Positions 1 to 13,800 of a stretch of DNA of 64,000 nt are shown in pieces. Each line of letters opens with the position of its first letter. The first letter of the stretch is position 1. The notes beneath the pieces were generated by a model. That model made no database searches, was not told the origin of the DNA, and worked only from the letters and a program-made list of their open reading frames with translations. Position numbers and translations under genes: made by a program. The DNA is from Owenia fusiformis (taxonomy: Eukaryota), in NCBI GenBank assembly GCA_903813345.2, contig CAIIXF020000001.1, positions 17,794,001-17,858,000 on the forward strand, given 5' to 3'.

Positions 1-1850
1 CTAGATTTCTTACCTCTTTCGATTCTTAACACCACAAGATACATTCTTTCAATGACAAAAAGACATGGCTGTCTCAAATAGCAGTAATATACACCTCAAT
101 CTTTAAATCAACAAGTATTTTGAGATGTCTGCCATCAGATGATCAGAGGAAACAAACATTTCATCCAGTGCAGACATTTCTACATCTCTTCATTTCCAGG
201 ACCATTATCCTTTTAATATGGAATCAAGTCAAGCACTTTGATAAATCATGAGTGTTATCGGTACAACAATGTATTTGGCTGATTTCACTAAGAATCTCTG
301 TTGTATTTGATGTGTTGTTAGGTAAAAACATGCGAACTGTCAAAGCTGAATGATTATAACGCAAATATTCATTTATATATCACTCAAGTATGTTAGTTCA
401 GGAAGTGACTACGTCGCTATAATACCTGAGGTCATGCCAGACATCTTATAATACTGGTCAATTTAAAGATTGAAGTGTATATTACTGCAATCTGAGACAG
501 CCGCGTCTCTTTTCCATTGAAAAAATGTTATATGTGCATTGCTAGGGCCATGTGAGCTTCTATTGAACGCTTCCAAGACGAGAAAGTGACAACACAAAGA
601 GCTATAGCAACCTAGTGATAAACCAGCACAGAGAGACTAATAGGTGACATAAAAGCACCGTAAGAATATCTACAACAACAACAGCAGAAAGTGATTGGAC
701 CTAGATAAGATTTTGTTGAGGCAAGTCATGTGTGCAATGCAGGGAAAATTCTCCTATTTTGTAATCAGACAGACAAGCTATGCAGATGTTATCCCGTTCC
801 CGGACTATAGTCCTGCACTGATCGCATTCATTTGCCTGTACGATTACAACTTGGGAGAATTATCTACGCCCCTTACACTTAAGATACCTACCTCAATGCA
901 TTATAGAACTCAAGATGTAACTTCTAATATATTGGAACCGCCGATTGTCTGGGTATATCGGCAGAACGAGAACATTTTCTCTTTTTCATCGAGAGAGATT
1001 CCATCACTTTTCAAAATGGCGGTTGGATTTAAACGAGGAATCCCCCGTTTGGCTGTCCCGGATGTAGCCCGGAAGTACCAATATGGAGGAATTTGACGGT
1101 TGAAAAAGGTTAAATGTTACACGCAAATATTGCGATCAAAAACGAAAATGTCTTCGTTCTGCCGATAAACCCAGACAATTGTGGATTCAACTACACGAAA
1201 AGAATGCTAAATTACCAAGGAATCTATTGAAGTAGGTATCTGAAGTGTAAGATCAGTAAAAAATTCTCCCATGTTGTAATCGCACAGGCAAAAGATTGAG
1301 ATGTTCACAGGACCATAGTCCGGGAACGGGATAATGCAGATGTTCCTATGACTATAGTGAAAGTCCTGGCACGGGTAGAAACAGATGATAGACTGGAAAT
1401 CTAGCACGAAAAATAAAGCTTACCTTGACAAGAAAATATCTTCATATTGCACTGAAATTTATCTACTGTTTGAACAAAGGGTTCATGTCAATGTGTTATT
1501 CCTTTCCTTAGACACAGCGCTACGCTATGTTTTGTAGAAATCACAATATTATAAAAATAAAATCGTCAAAACAAAATTTGAGAAAAATTTCGACGCATGC
1601 GCAATGTTATCCTAATAGTTTTTTACAATCAATCAACAAAAATTGCAACAAATAATATTCCATCTTTCAAACATTAGTATTAAAACTACTTTTAAAATAT
1701 AGTTACCCAATTATAATTATATGAAGAATAGTAAATAATATTGAAAAGAATTAAACTCGGGCCAAAGAGAGGGATTTTATTTGTTGATCGATTCGTCGTG
1801 TCTCTACTGGGCGATAATAGAAAATTTGTGGAACATTTAAAAATTTTAAA

Positions 1851-4800
1851 ATGTCTAAAGTTTGTGTAATATTTGGAGGTTCGCGTGGAATTGGGTTTGC
1901 TGTTGCCAACATAATGCTAGAGCAATGTTTCAAGGTTGCAATAGTCTCGAAAACCTCAACGAGTATTGACAATGCTTGCAAGATTTTACACAGCAAAGCA
2001 AAAGGTAGATCTAAGTCTTCCACTGAACACAGCTGGCTCAAAAGCCTTCTGTCAGCTCGGTAGAGTAACTTCCATCTGATTTTTCTGACTAGACTACATG
2101 TACATGTAGGCCCTAGATCTATATCTATTTTGATCATGAAAAATAATACTAACTAGGCTTAGAGTCCATTTCACTGCTTCATTTCATCAGTAGAACGGCA
2201 AAAATAAGAAATTGGGAGACCATTGTGCAATAATATATGGAAAAGTATATTCATAATGTACATGAATGACATTTGTATATTTCAGATTTTTTAGTTTTTT
2301 GTGCAATAAGCCTGTGCCGTCTTGTAATTTGAAGAATTTCAGCCATGTTAATCTTATTGAAAATAACATGGCAGAGAAGCATCCAAATATAAGAGGCCAA
2401 ACACTTTATAAGCCAAACTAGAAGCAATCCAAGATATACAAATGTCATTCATGTACATTATGAATATACTTTTCCATATATTATTGCACAATGGTCTCCC
2501 AATTTCTTATTTTTGCCGTTCTACTGACGAAATGAAGCAGTGAAATGGACTCTAGGTTCAGCTGGAAAGTAACATTTTGGTAAAAATTGCTACAGCTGTA
2601 CATGTACAGTGGGGGACAAAAATAAAACTCAACGTTCACAAGTTGTCGCAATGAGCTTATTCATACCTGCCAACCTACCGCATTTTTACGGGAATCTACC
2701 GTAATTTTTTCGTTTTTCCGTAAAAAAATGACAAACTACCGTAAAAAAATACCATTTTTTTTCCCGTAAAAACGCCCGTAAAAAAATCTACCGTATTATT
2801 TTCGTAATCTACCGTAAATTTTCTTTTTAAAAAACTAGTTTATTCCATGAGAACGGCCGTAAAATCTACCGTAAATTTTTGAAAATCTACCGTAAATTTT
2901 CGAAAATCTACCGTATTTCTGCTAAAATAAACAGTATTTTTGTTCTAACTACCGTAAAATTTCCCGTTATTGTTGGGAAATGCTGAAAAATTGGAAGTCT
3001 TCCTGTACTGTCCCTGTAATATTCCTTCACCAACCCGAATATAAATAGGTATCGGCAGGTCTATGGTTATCAGTTTATTGCGCATTTATCTAAGTAAGCT
3101 TGCGTGTAATCAGTCCAAACACCAACTACCACTGGCTAGAAAGAATTCTTTCTGCCATGATTTTTGTAGTTAACCAAACCCTTTTGTACACAGATCTTTA
3201 TTCCGATTGCAACAAAAATATGATTTTAGTTGCGCTTCATCTAAATAAATGATAGGAAATGACAAAAACTACTTGTTTTAGCGTATGAAATATGCGTAGT
3301 TTGATTTGTTATGATCAGTAACACGCCACATATACATTATACATAGTTTTAATCAATTTGTTTACAGTACGATAAAATGTTGTATTTTTCATCAGAACAC
3401 ATTATCACGCAGTACTAACTCACCGGGGCGTATTGAAACCAAAACGCCCCGCAAAACCGTTAATTTGAATTTTAAACCTGCCCTTTCTTTGTAAAATCAA
3501 TGATTGTGAGTCTCACAGTAAACCGTTTTTCTTCAAACCTGTTCCATTAAAACCTTCACAGAAATACCTTTCACTCGGTACATTGTTTTTGTGTACATTT
3601 TGCTGAAACATTAAAATCCAAAGTTGCTGTCAGTCCATTGTAAGCATGGTAAATGAAGAATAAAAAGTGTTTAGTCTCTATTTATTCTTGGAAATAGTAT
3701 ATCTATTTTTTCTTGAAAATAATAGTTTCGTATAATTCTCAGGTGGTAGTTCTGCTTTACAAACTGTAATTATCAAAAGCACTCTTGCAGTAAAATATGT
3801 ATTCACAATAACAACAACAATATGACCACGGAAACATTGTATTAATACAGAAAACCGCATTGTATAAAGGTTTAACTACAGCATTTTTCAAAATCTACCG
3901 AAAAATACCGCATTTTGGCAAATCTTCCGCAAAAGTACCAGTTTTTCAAAAAACTACCGTAAAAACTACCGCAATTTTCAAAATCTACCGTAAAACTACC
4001 GCATTTTTTCAAAATCTTCCGCAAAAGTACCGGTTTTTCAAAAAATTACCTTAAAAACTACCGGTTTTTCAAAAAATTACCGTAAAAACTACCGCAATTT
4101 TCAAAATCTACCGTTAAACTACCGCATTTTTTCAAAATTTTCCGCATAACTACCGGTTTTTCAAAACCTACCGTAAAAACTACCGCATTTTTTCAAAATC
4201 TACCGTAAAACTACCGCATTTTTTCAGAATCTTTCGCAAAACTACCGGTTTTTCATAAAACTACCGTAAAAACTACCGCATTTTTAAAAAACTACCGCAT
4301 TTTTTCTAAATCTTCCGCAAAACTACCGCTTTTTTTCAAATTTCTACAGCAAAATTACACTTTTTTCAAAAATCTACCCTAAACCTCTGAAACTACAGTA
4401 TTTTTTGAAAATCTACCGCAAAAACTACCGTATTTTTTAAATCTACCGCAAAAACTACCGTTTTTTTTAAAATCTACCGCAAAAACTACCGTTTTTCTTT
4501 AAAATCTACCGCAAAAACTACCGTTTTTTCTAAAATCTACCGCAAAAACTACCGCAATTTTATTGAAAAATACCGCAAAAACTACCGTATTTTGAAAAAA
4601 TCTACCGCAAAAATACAGCAATTTTAAAAAAATCTACCGCAAAATTTTGGTCTTAGGTTGGCAGGTATGTTATTTCCAAGTTTCGTGTCTCAAACTCTCC
4701 CAAGCGGTAGAAAAATAATTCCCGTTCACTAAAGTAGCACAATAAATGAATCCAAAGCTTCATACCTGCAAATAATGGATAAATCCCTACCAAATCGAAT

Positions 4801-7800
4801 GAATGTTTTCATGAATCGCCATGATTGTTATCCAAGGACGGTTGACTCCCAGAATGCAACATCAGTTAACCATATTTACTCATGACAGGTTTCAAAATGG
4901 CGGAACAGCATTTTGAAAGCTGGCACGTGTTATGTTGCATTCTGGGAGCCAATCCTTCGTTCCGGCGCAATCAGGCGACAAAATCACCTCAACATTTGAA
5001 GAGTCAGCATAACATGTGAATATCCAATTCAACTTTTGAAGTTCTTATTTGTCATTAGGGACACAAATTCCACTATATTTGGACTTACTAACATACCTGC
5101 CAACCTACCGTATTTTTACGGGAATCTACCGTAAATTTTTCGTTTTCCCGTAAAAAAATGACAAACTACCGTAAAAAAAATACCATTTTTTCCCGTAAAA
5201 AAACCCGTAAAAAAATCTACCGTATTTTTTCGTAATCTACCGTAAATTTTCTTTGTAAAAAACTCGTTTATTCCATGAGAACGGCCGTAAAATCTACCGT
5301 AAATTTTTGAAAATCTACCGTAAATTTTCGAAAATCTACCGTATTTCTGCTAAAATCAACAGTATTTTTGTTCAAACTACCGTAAAATTTCCCGTTATTG
5401 TTATTGGGAAATGCTGAAAAATTGAAGTCTTCCTGTACTGTCCCTGTAATATTCCTTCACCAACCCGGTATCGGCAGGTCTGTGGTTATCAGGTTATTGC
5501 GCATTTACCTAAGTAAGCTTGTGTGTAATCAGTCCAAACACCAACTACCACTAGCTAGAAAGAATTCTTTCTGCCATGATTTTTGTAGTTAACCAAACCC
5601 TTTTGTACACGGATCTTTATTCCGAATGCAACAAAAATATGATTTTAGTTGCGCTTCATCTAAATAAATGAGTGGAAATGCGTATGCATATTTAGCGTAT
5701 GAAATATGCGTAGTTTGATTTGTTATGATCAGTAATGAACGACACATATACATTATACATAGTTTAATCAATTTGTTTACAGAACGATAAAATGTTGTAT
5801 TTTTCATCAGAACACATTATCAGTAACAAATGCTTAATTAAAAAATAAAGCATTGAGTTCTGGTTTATTATAAAAGTATTGTGATATCCGAATCTGAACT
5901 ATGTCTCAGGGGAAAGGTTTCGGCAAATGCTCATAACAAATTATTTTTGAAAGACAATTGATCTGTACTTATTTTCTATTTGTGCCAGACAAACACATTG
6001 ATATCATTAGAGACTTGCAAGTGAACAAATCAATATTTAATACCATATGATTCCAATGTTATATGAACATTATGTCTGTCATTTCAATTCGTTAAAATGA
6101 TAGATCATCTAAGATGGTGAGTAAAAACGTGTAAAATCCATATTTTGTATTTCAGTAAATGTTTCATTCATGGAATTTCCAAACATCCTGATATCTAAAA
6201 AAAACTGGTTAGAAGGTGAGTAAAAGTGGAGATATGAATATTGTGTTCGTATTTTGAATCAATCTAGATTTATTGTAAAAAAGTTGCTATATGTACATTT
6301 TGCTGAAACATTAAAATCCAAAGTTGCTGTCAGTCCATTGTAAGCATGGTAAATGAAGAATAAAAAGTGTTTAGTCTCTATTTATTCTTGAAAATAGTAT
6401 ATCTATTTTTTCTTGAAAATAATAGTTTCGTATAATTCTCAGGTGGTAGTTCTGCTTTACAAACTGTAATTATCAAAATCACTCTTGCAGTAAAATATGT
6501 ATTCACAATAACAACAACAATATGACCACGTAAACATTGTATTAATATAGAAAACCGCATTGTATAAAGGTTTAACTACCGCATTTTTCAAAATCTACCG
6601 AAAAATACCGCATTTTGGCAAATCTTCCGCAAAAGTACCAGTTTTTCAAAAAATTATCGTAAAAACTACTGCAATTTTCAAAATCTACCGTAAAACTACC
6701 GCATTTTTTCAAAATCTTCCGCAAAAGTACCGGTATTTCAAAAAATTACCGTAAAAACTACCGCAATTTTCACAATCTACCGTAAAACTACCGCATTTTT
6801 TCAAAATTTTCAGCAAAACTACCGGTTTTTCAAAAAACTTCCGTAAAAACTACCGCATTTTTTCAAAATCTACCGTAAAACTACCGCATTTTTTCAGAAT
6901 CTTTCGCAAAACTACCGGTTTTTCAAAAAACCACCGTAAAAACTACCGCATTTTTAAAAAACTACCGTAAAACTACCGCATTTTTTCTAAATCTTCCGCA
7001 AAACTACCGCTTTTTTCAAATTTCTACCGCAAAATTACACTTTTTTCAAAAATCTACCCCAAACCTCTGAAACTACAGTATTTTTTTAAAATCTACCGCA
7101 AAAACTACCGTATTTTTTAAATCTACCGCAAAAACTACCGTTTTTTTTAAATCTATCGCAAAAACTACCGTTTTTTTCTAAAATCTACCGCAAAAACTAC
7201 CGCAATTTTGTTGAAAAATACCGCAAAAACTACCGTTTTTTGAAAAAATCTACCGCAAAAATACAGCAATTTTAAAAAAATCTACCGCAAAATTTTGGTC
7301 TTAGGTTGGCAGGTATGTACTAAGACGGAGAAAATAGAGCACTGAATACACTGAGGTAAGAATTTATTACATGTGCGACAGCATGTAATTTTCATAGCTT
7401 TTGCAATTCTTTATGATCCCCACTGTATACAGTACATGTACTGTACCTGCACATGTTATTTTCTGGTACAAAATTAAGTACGAAGGCATGTGTGTATTTC
7501 CTTGCTTTTTTCAGGAAAGTATCATTACATTGTCTACTTTTAGTAAACCTGGAAACGGGTCAATAGTAGCCCCCTCCTGTGTTGTCTGGAAACTTTGAAA
7601 GAAAATTTGGAATAATATAAAGTGTGAAATATCAGAATTTCCTGGAGTTCCCATTGAACTCCTACCAGATATTCTAAAAGAAGACAATGTAATGATACTT
7701 TCCTGAAAAAAGCAAGGAAATTGACACATGCCTTCATACTTTATTTTGTACCAGATATTAACATGTGCATGTATAGCAATTTTTTACCAAAATGTTATTT

Positions 7801-10800
7801 TCCAGCTGTACCTTAAGAATGAAACTGGAGCCGACCAAATGGTTTACAAGTTTTTCTAGCTTTAGAGTCAATTTCCTTTTCCTATAATTCTGCCTTTTGA
7901 AGTACATGTATGCATGAAGGTTCATTCAAAGTCGGCTATTGAATCTGGAAAAGCCATATTTAGACTAAGGATTGAAAGTTGTCATGAGCTTATATTTGTT
8001 GTGATCTACGAGAAGTGAATTTTCGAGTCGAGTAACCCCCCTATCACACCAAACTAGTTCTTACCCGTTCTTGCCAGTCCTATGAAAATGTCGTAAAACG
8101 GGCTCAATCTGGCTGCGGTCGGGATATATGTCTAAAATAATTAGCTACTTCGTTCATAAACAGTCTTCAATACGTCCATCTCATTCGCAGTTCGTTCAGG
8201 TTGCACCACGTCGGTGTGCAACGTAGTATAAACCGTCCCTTAGTCTAGAAGGTCATGACCTGATTACAGAACGGTATGGTTGCCATCGGATTTTGAATCG
8301 ATTCAAAATTCTAAATCACATACCCCGTCCGGGAAAGTCCATGAAGTTCGTAAACAGACCGTAGAACGTTGTAGCTACGTTCATTCAGTTCGCACACAGT
8401 TTAAAACCGATTCGGCAATGTTTTGACGATCACCAGAAAATTTAAGTGCTGGAGGACCTACTCGTTCTAGTAGTTTCATGAAGTTTGTAAACAGATCCCA
8501 AACGGTTCTTAGTGGGTTATTAGTACGTCAAATCCGTTCGTGCACAGTTTAAGCCTGTTTTCGAGAACGTAGTGAGAACTAGTTTGGTGTGATAGTAGGG
8601 TAAATGTTGTAATGTTCTTTTGAAGGGGGTTAAAATATTTGCTCACCCATGTCAGAGAACACACTTAACCTATGATTTTATCAATCAAAAAATGTTTTTA
8701 TGAATTTGTCTGATATCTGCTTGAATATGCAATGACTAAATGTATACAGTGTGTCCCGAAAGTATGGGGCCCCCCCTAGGCAGACATATACCAGTGTCGT
8801 CATAGTATGTCTCATATATCATTTTAAAGCTTATCCAAAGTTACATTGATTCGCCAAGTATCATGGTTCAACTCTCAAATGTGAGAAAATTACAGGCATT
8901 TCAAAATTAAGTGCCTGGTCAAAATTAGGTTCAATTTTACACCAAATCAACAGTCAATGTGTCAGTCAACGGTGAGGGTAGAAACTCTAAGGAAACTCTT
9001 CTAAAGTGCCTTTACAGGTTTTAAGAGGGTTATAAAATTCCACACCCCTATTTGAAGGGCTTTTAAGGTCATATCTGAAAATAATTGCTGCTGTTAACAT
9101 GGCCAAGGGGGGCTCATTGACTAGTAATGTGGTATAAAATTGAACTTTATTTTGACAAAACGCTAACTTTTAAAATGACTGTAACTTTTTCCCATTTGGG
9201 AGTTAAACCATGATACTTGGCAAATCAATGAAACTTTGGATAAGCTTTAAAATGATATATGACACATACTATGAGGACACTGGAAAATGTCTGCCTGCCC
9301 CCATACTTTCGGGACACCCTGTACTTGTGTTAATTGTTGTTTAATAATAATGGGCTCTGGAGTATCATGCTTCAGATAAATTGGTTTCAGAGTAAATTGA
9401 CATGTCCCCACTTCATGTATTGAAATAGCCTAGTAGGGCAGATTTGCAGTTCAAGTCATCATTCTAGCAATCATAATAGCTATCTACAATTGTAAGTTCC
9501 CTAACAGGTACATGTACATGTCATCGTGGTGTCTTATTATGCATTTGATCACTGATTATGACTTTTATTTTTATGTCCATATTTTAGATTAATAATTTAA
9601 CATCCCTCTAAATTGCTGTGGAACGTGTATGTACTGTATTTCTACTATATCCATCAAAAGCCTCAGCGCTGTTCATATATTTTATAACTTCACTCTGTCC
9701 ATCATAAATTGCACATGTTCCTTCTTCTTCAGAACTCTGGGCATTTTAAACTGACTAGAGTTCAATGTCGTTGATGCAATGATGTGCTCTGAGAGTGCTC
9801 TGAATGTCCCTTGCTTTACACTGAACACTTGGAATCCACTGGGGATGTATCTGAGCTTAGCATCTCTGGCAGTCAAATATGTCTGTTCTTCTTCTTGGAG
9901 GACACGATCCATCTAAATAATACAATAAATAAATAATATAATAAATAAAGTAATGAATAAAAAAATCTAAATAATTCTGATTAAATTTTTTATTCATCGT
10001 TTATTCAAACTGTTGTTATTTTATTCATTTGTTTGTGTATGTGTATTTTGAGCATGTGACTCTAAGGCACACCAAAGTATATTTATTCCAATTTCCCTTA
10101 CTAAGCTCATTTGAGCCAATTTATCTCCAGTTTGTTTTTATCTCTATCCTCCAATCTAGAGCCAATTATTTAATACTTTATTTGAAACCCCTTCGACATT
10201 TGTTTATGTGTAACTACAACTACATGTAATGTATGTACCTGATCATCATTGACTGCCTTTGTAGTAACATCTTCTTTGAACTCCACAAACATTACATAAT
10301 ATGGTTCAGTAAGTGCTTCATTTACTGAAATGTAATCAAGTTATCATTATTAAAATTCAAGCAATTTACCACCACAAAATGCTGGTAATGTTTTCGAGAG
10401 TTGAAATTGGACTAATCTCCAAATGTGATATATTCAAGGTCTCCTAAGATCTTATAAGCCATTCCTTATAGCACATTGCAGTTCATGCTCAATTCATTGC
10501 TTTCCAATGGTGCAAAATCTTCCCCTTTCCAAAGGTGCAAAATCTTCCCCAAGAGTCAACAAACAGTTTAATGTGGGAGTTTTCAAAAGTGGGCATTGTA
10601 TTACATATTTATTGTTTATTTACCTTTGTTATCAATCAGTAGGCTGATGGTGCAGCTGTAGTCTACCATTGTCTTCTTTCCCCAGTGATCCTTCATCCTA
10701 CGCACACTCCTCAGTATGGCATCCTCTGATACTTTCTCATTGACAATGTTCAGCACTTGGCCTTGCCTGAAAGAACCGAACTATACTACTCATATGGACT

Positions 10801-13800
10801 AGATATTATTTGCAAATTACATCTTCATGTAACTTTTAATTGTATATCAAGTTGCAAATGTTCTTTTGCAATGTTAGGAGAGGATGAATCCTTTAACTGA
10901 ATCTATTTAGATTTATACATCAACAATATCATATTAACTGCAATATATCTGTAATACAATTTACAAACATAGATGAATAAACGTTTTCAATAATAGAAAT
11001 GCTATTCATTTCTAGTGAACACCTCTGAAACAATTGAATGATATGAATATTCACAATATTTTGAAAAAATGACATCTATCTGTAGTTAATATTTTAGTGG
11101 GCTTTAGTACCTGTACATGTATTGTATGACTGGGGCCTCATTGTAAAACCGTGTTACTTTTACAACATCACCGAATCTGTATCGGAAGCATCCTGATCGA
11201 TTAGATGGCACAAGTTCATAACATTCTCCAACTTGTAACTAGAATGAAAATATCAGCATACAACTGAGATTCTGTCAACATTTTTAAATCACAAATCCCA
11301 GCCTATCGTCAGGCGCAATATTGGTCAATATTTGAGGTCTACTTTTGGTCTACTCATGAGGCGTACTTCTGGTCTACTTTTGGTTTTTCTCTGTGTTAAA
11401 TCCCCATAGTCAGGCGCGTTTCAAATATTTAAATTAAGCCAAAAGTAGACCAGAAGTAGACCTCATTTAATGACCTCATCAGGTTTATCAGGTCTATATT
11501 TGAGGTCTAGACCTCATTTAAGACTCAACTATCTGTAAATCAGGTCTATATTTGAGGTATACTTTTGGTCTACGCCTTATTTGGGGTTCACTATTGGTTT
11601 TCAGGTCTACTTCTCTTCTGCTTTTGGTGTACACCTTACGTTAAGGCACATTTCAATTATGGAAATTAGGCCTGAAGGTCTACTTTTGGTCTAGACCTCA
11701 TTTCAGGTACAAGCCTCATATACCTGTAAGTAAGGTCAGGTCATGTTTTGTTGTTTCAAAGTAGAAAAGTACTTAGTACATATCAGTACCCTCCATAGTT
11801 GTTAAATAAATTGCATTTATTTTGAATTGCTGGGTTGTTTTCTAGGATTAACTTGTCTCATGGATAAGATACAGATCTATGAACACATTAGAAGGATGAA
11901 GCAAAAATTACACAGTATTCTTATATAAATTATATGTAGGCTTCTTATATGATGTATTTTTGTTTCATCATTTAAATTTAACAATATTTCAATATTTTAT
12001 TATTTTCAGACATCCTTCTTTAGGTTTCCCAGATTTTGATTATTTTTTTAAGTTCTGATAAAAACCATTAATAGCATAGCCGTAGCCAGCGGGGGTTCGG
12101 TGGGTTCGAACGAACCCCCGGTCAGGATTTCCCAAAATATAATATTGCGGAAGAATGCATATAACCAGAAACATTAAATTACTGTGCTATTTGAAAACAA
12201 CATATATATTATATGAGCAGTAAATGAATTGATATTTGTTATGGGGAACACGATCCGCGAGAGCATTATTTTGTTAAAAACATGTCATAGTGAAGTTACA
12301 CTTCCCTAAACGTTTGGCAACCTTAGGCACGGGGTGAGATTTAATTTTGGGAAGACCCCAGAGCATGAGATTTTTCATTTAGAAATATCAATAATTTCGC
12401 ACAATTAACTTAAAAGCTGCCTTTCTCGGACAAAATAACCCATCTTGGGCAATGGCTAAACCAGTCCTTTGTAGGAATTTTGTTTTAAGCCAGTTCTGGT
12501 CCAATACGAAGTTATTGAAAGTTATTGAAAACAATGCAGACGTCCCATACTCCGAATGATTTTTACAACAAATAAATATCTGGAATAGTCGTAATATTGA
12601 TGAAACACACGTTCTTTCAAATGTGTAAGGGGACATGGGGCAAAACGGCCCTAAAATTTATTTTTCGAGTGTTATATTTGCCTAAGACTATCTTCTGTGA
12701 TTTTTTAATTGCCAAAAATAATGTCGAGAGTGGGGCAAAACGGCCCACCCTCTGTTACAAGGGTTTTAAAACCAAAATTAATCAATTACAAGACTCGTCA
12801 ACACACTCATCTTTTCTCAGACGTTCAAACCTTTGACAGCTAAAGTATTCTTAACCCCTACCATAATTCTAGTCATTCGATATGTGTCGGAAGGAAGGAA
12901 GTAAGGTTAAAACCAAATGTTAGAATTGTTATATTTGAAAATCAATTGTTCTTGCATTACGATTTTTGTATGTTATAACCTTTGTGAGCCGTTTTGCCCC
13001 AAAGACATGTGAAATTTCAAATAGACGTCATTTTAATTTGCCTAATATTTGAAGCTCGAAATGTTTACAAATAAAGAATAAATATGCATACCCTATGTAA
13101 AATGTTAAATCAAAACGATATTGTATTGTTGCCGGACTTTTTAGAGATTTTCGTGGGAGGGGTAATTTGCAAAAAAGAGATGAAAAGTAGAATTACCTCT
13201 TAAGTATAGCGAGACGCTGCTAGGTTAAAAATGGGCGGTCGAGAAGGTGGCGGAAATTTCAAAATTCGATCATGTGACTTTTGAAGAACCATCTTTTTAT
13301 AGTTCAAAAGATATTTCGATGGGCCATTTTGCCCAGCAGGGCCGTTTTGCCCCATGTTCCCTTACATCTCTGTTTTGTTTTATTTCAATTAAAATTTGAA
13401 ATATTTTTTGGGACGTCCCTGGGGCTGACAAGTCCCCGACACCAATTGCGTTAAATAATTAAAAACGTTGTGAAATGAATTATTTAAAAGCGTATATCAA
13501 TTATAAACACAAGCATTTGTTCAAATTTATTCATTCTTTCATTTGTCCAGTATTTATTTTTTTTATTTACCCATCACTTTTCCAAAGAAAAATCAATCAT
13601 TGCAAAAAATGATTTTGTTTTTTCAGATACACTCCACTCATCTAAGAGATTGAATAGAATTCAAATTGTTATCGTTCCAGTTTACTTGCTCTCCATTTTC
13701 ATGTTAATGTCATGATATAAATAAGTCACGAATAAATTACATAAAATACGTTTTATATTCGAACAGTCGCTTATCCACCAAAACGTTTTTATTATTATCA

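Larger units (their letters stand above)
2607..7425. mobile_element. Tc1/mariner-like non-autonomous element (about 574 bp when empty) carrying two insertions
   Basis: CAGTGGGG...CCCCACTG termini with TA TSD. An uninterrupted inverted copy is at 39828-40401. Confidence 0.8.
2555..7812. mobile_element. PIF/Harbinger-like palindromic MITE, interrupted by nested insertions
   Basis: Left end GGTTCAGCTGGAAAGTAACATTTTGGTAAAAATTGCTA matches the reverse complement of 7774-7812. The arms continue at 7448-7550 versus 7670-7770. A TTA TSD is reconstructed after removing 2162-2552. Confidence 0.65.

Noticed and set aside
695-1407. ORFs 695-1096 (+) and 1207-1407 (-) with similar peptides (IPFPDY)
   Set aside because: They are the two arms of a degenerate inverted repeat, have non-ATG starts and show no recognisable protein family.
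1594-1603. NRF1-like site CGCATGCGCA upstream of CBR4
   Set aside because: Plausible for a mitochondrial gene, but it is a single short motif with no supporting evidence.
3860-4650. Dense AAAACTACCG repeats and the duplicated short ORFs at 3678-4054 and 6378-6754
   Set aside because: These are subterminal repeats of a transposon. There are no unique spacers, so this is not a CRISPR array, and the ORFs are incidental.
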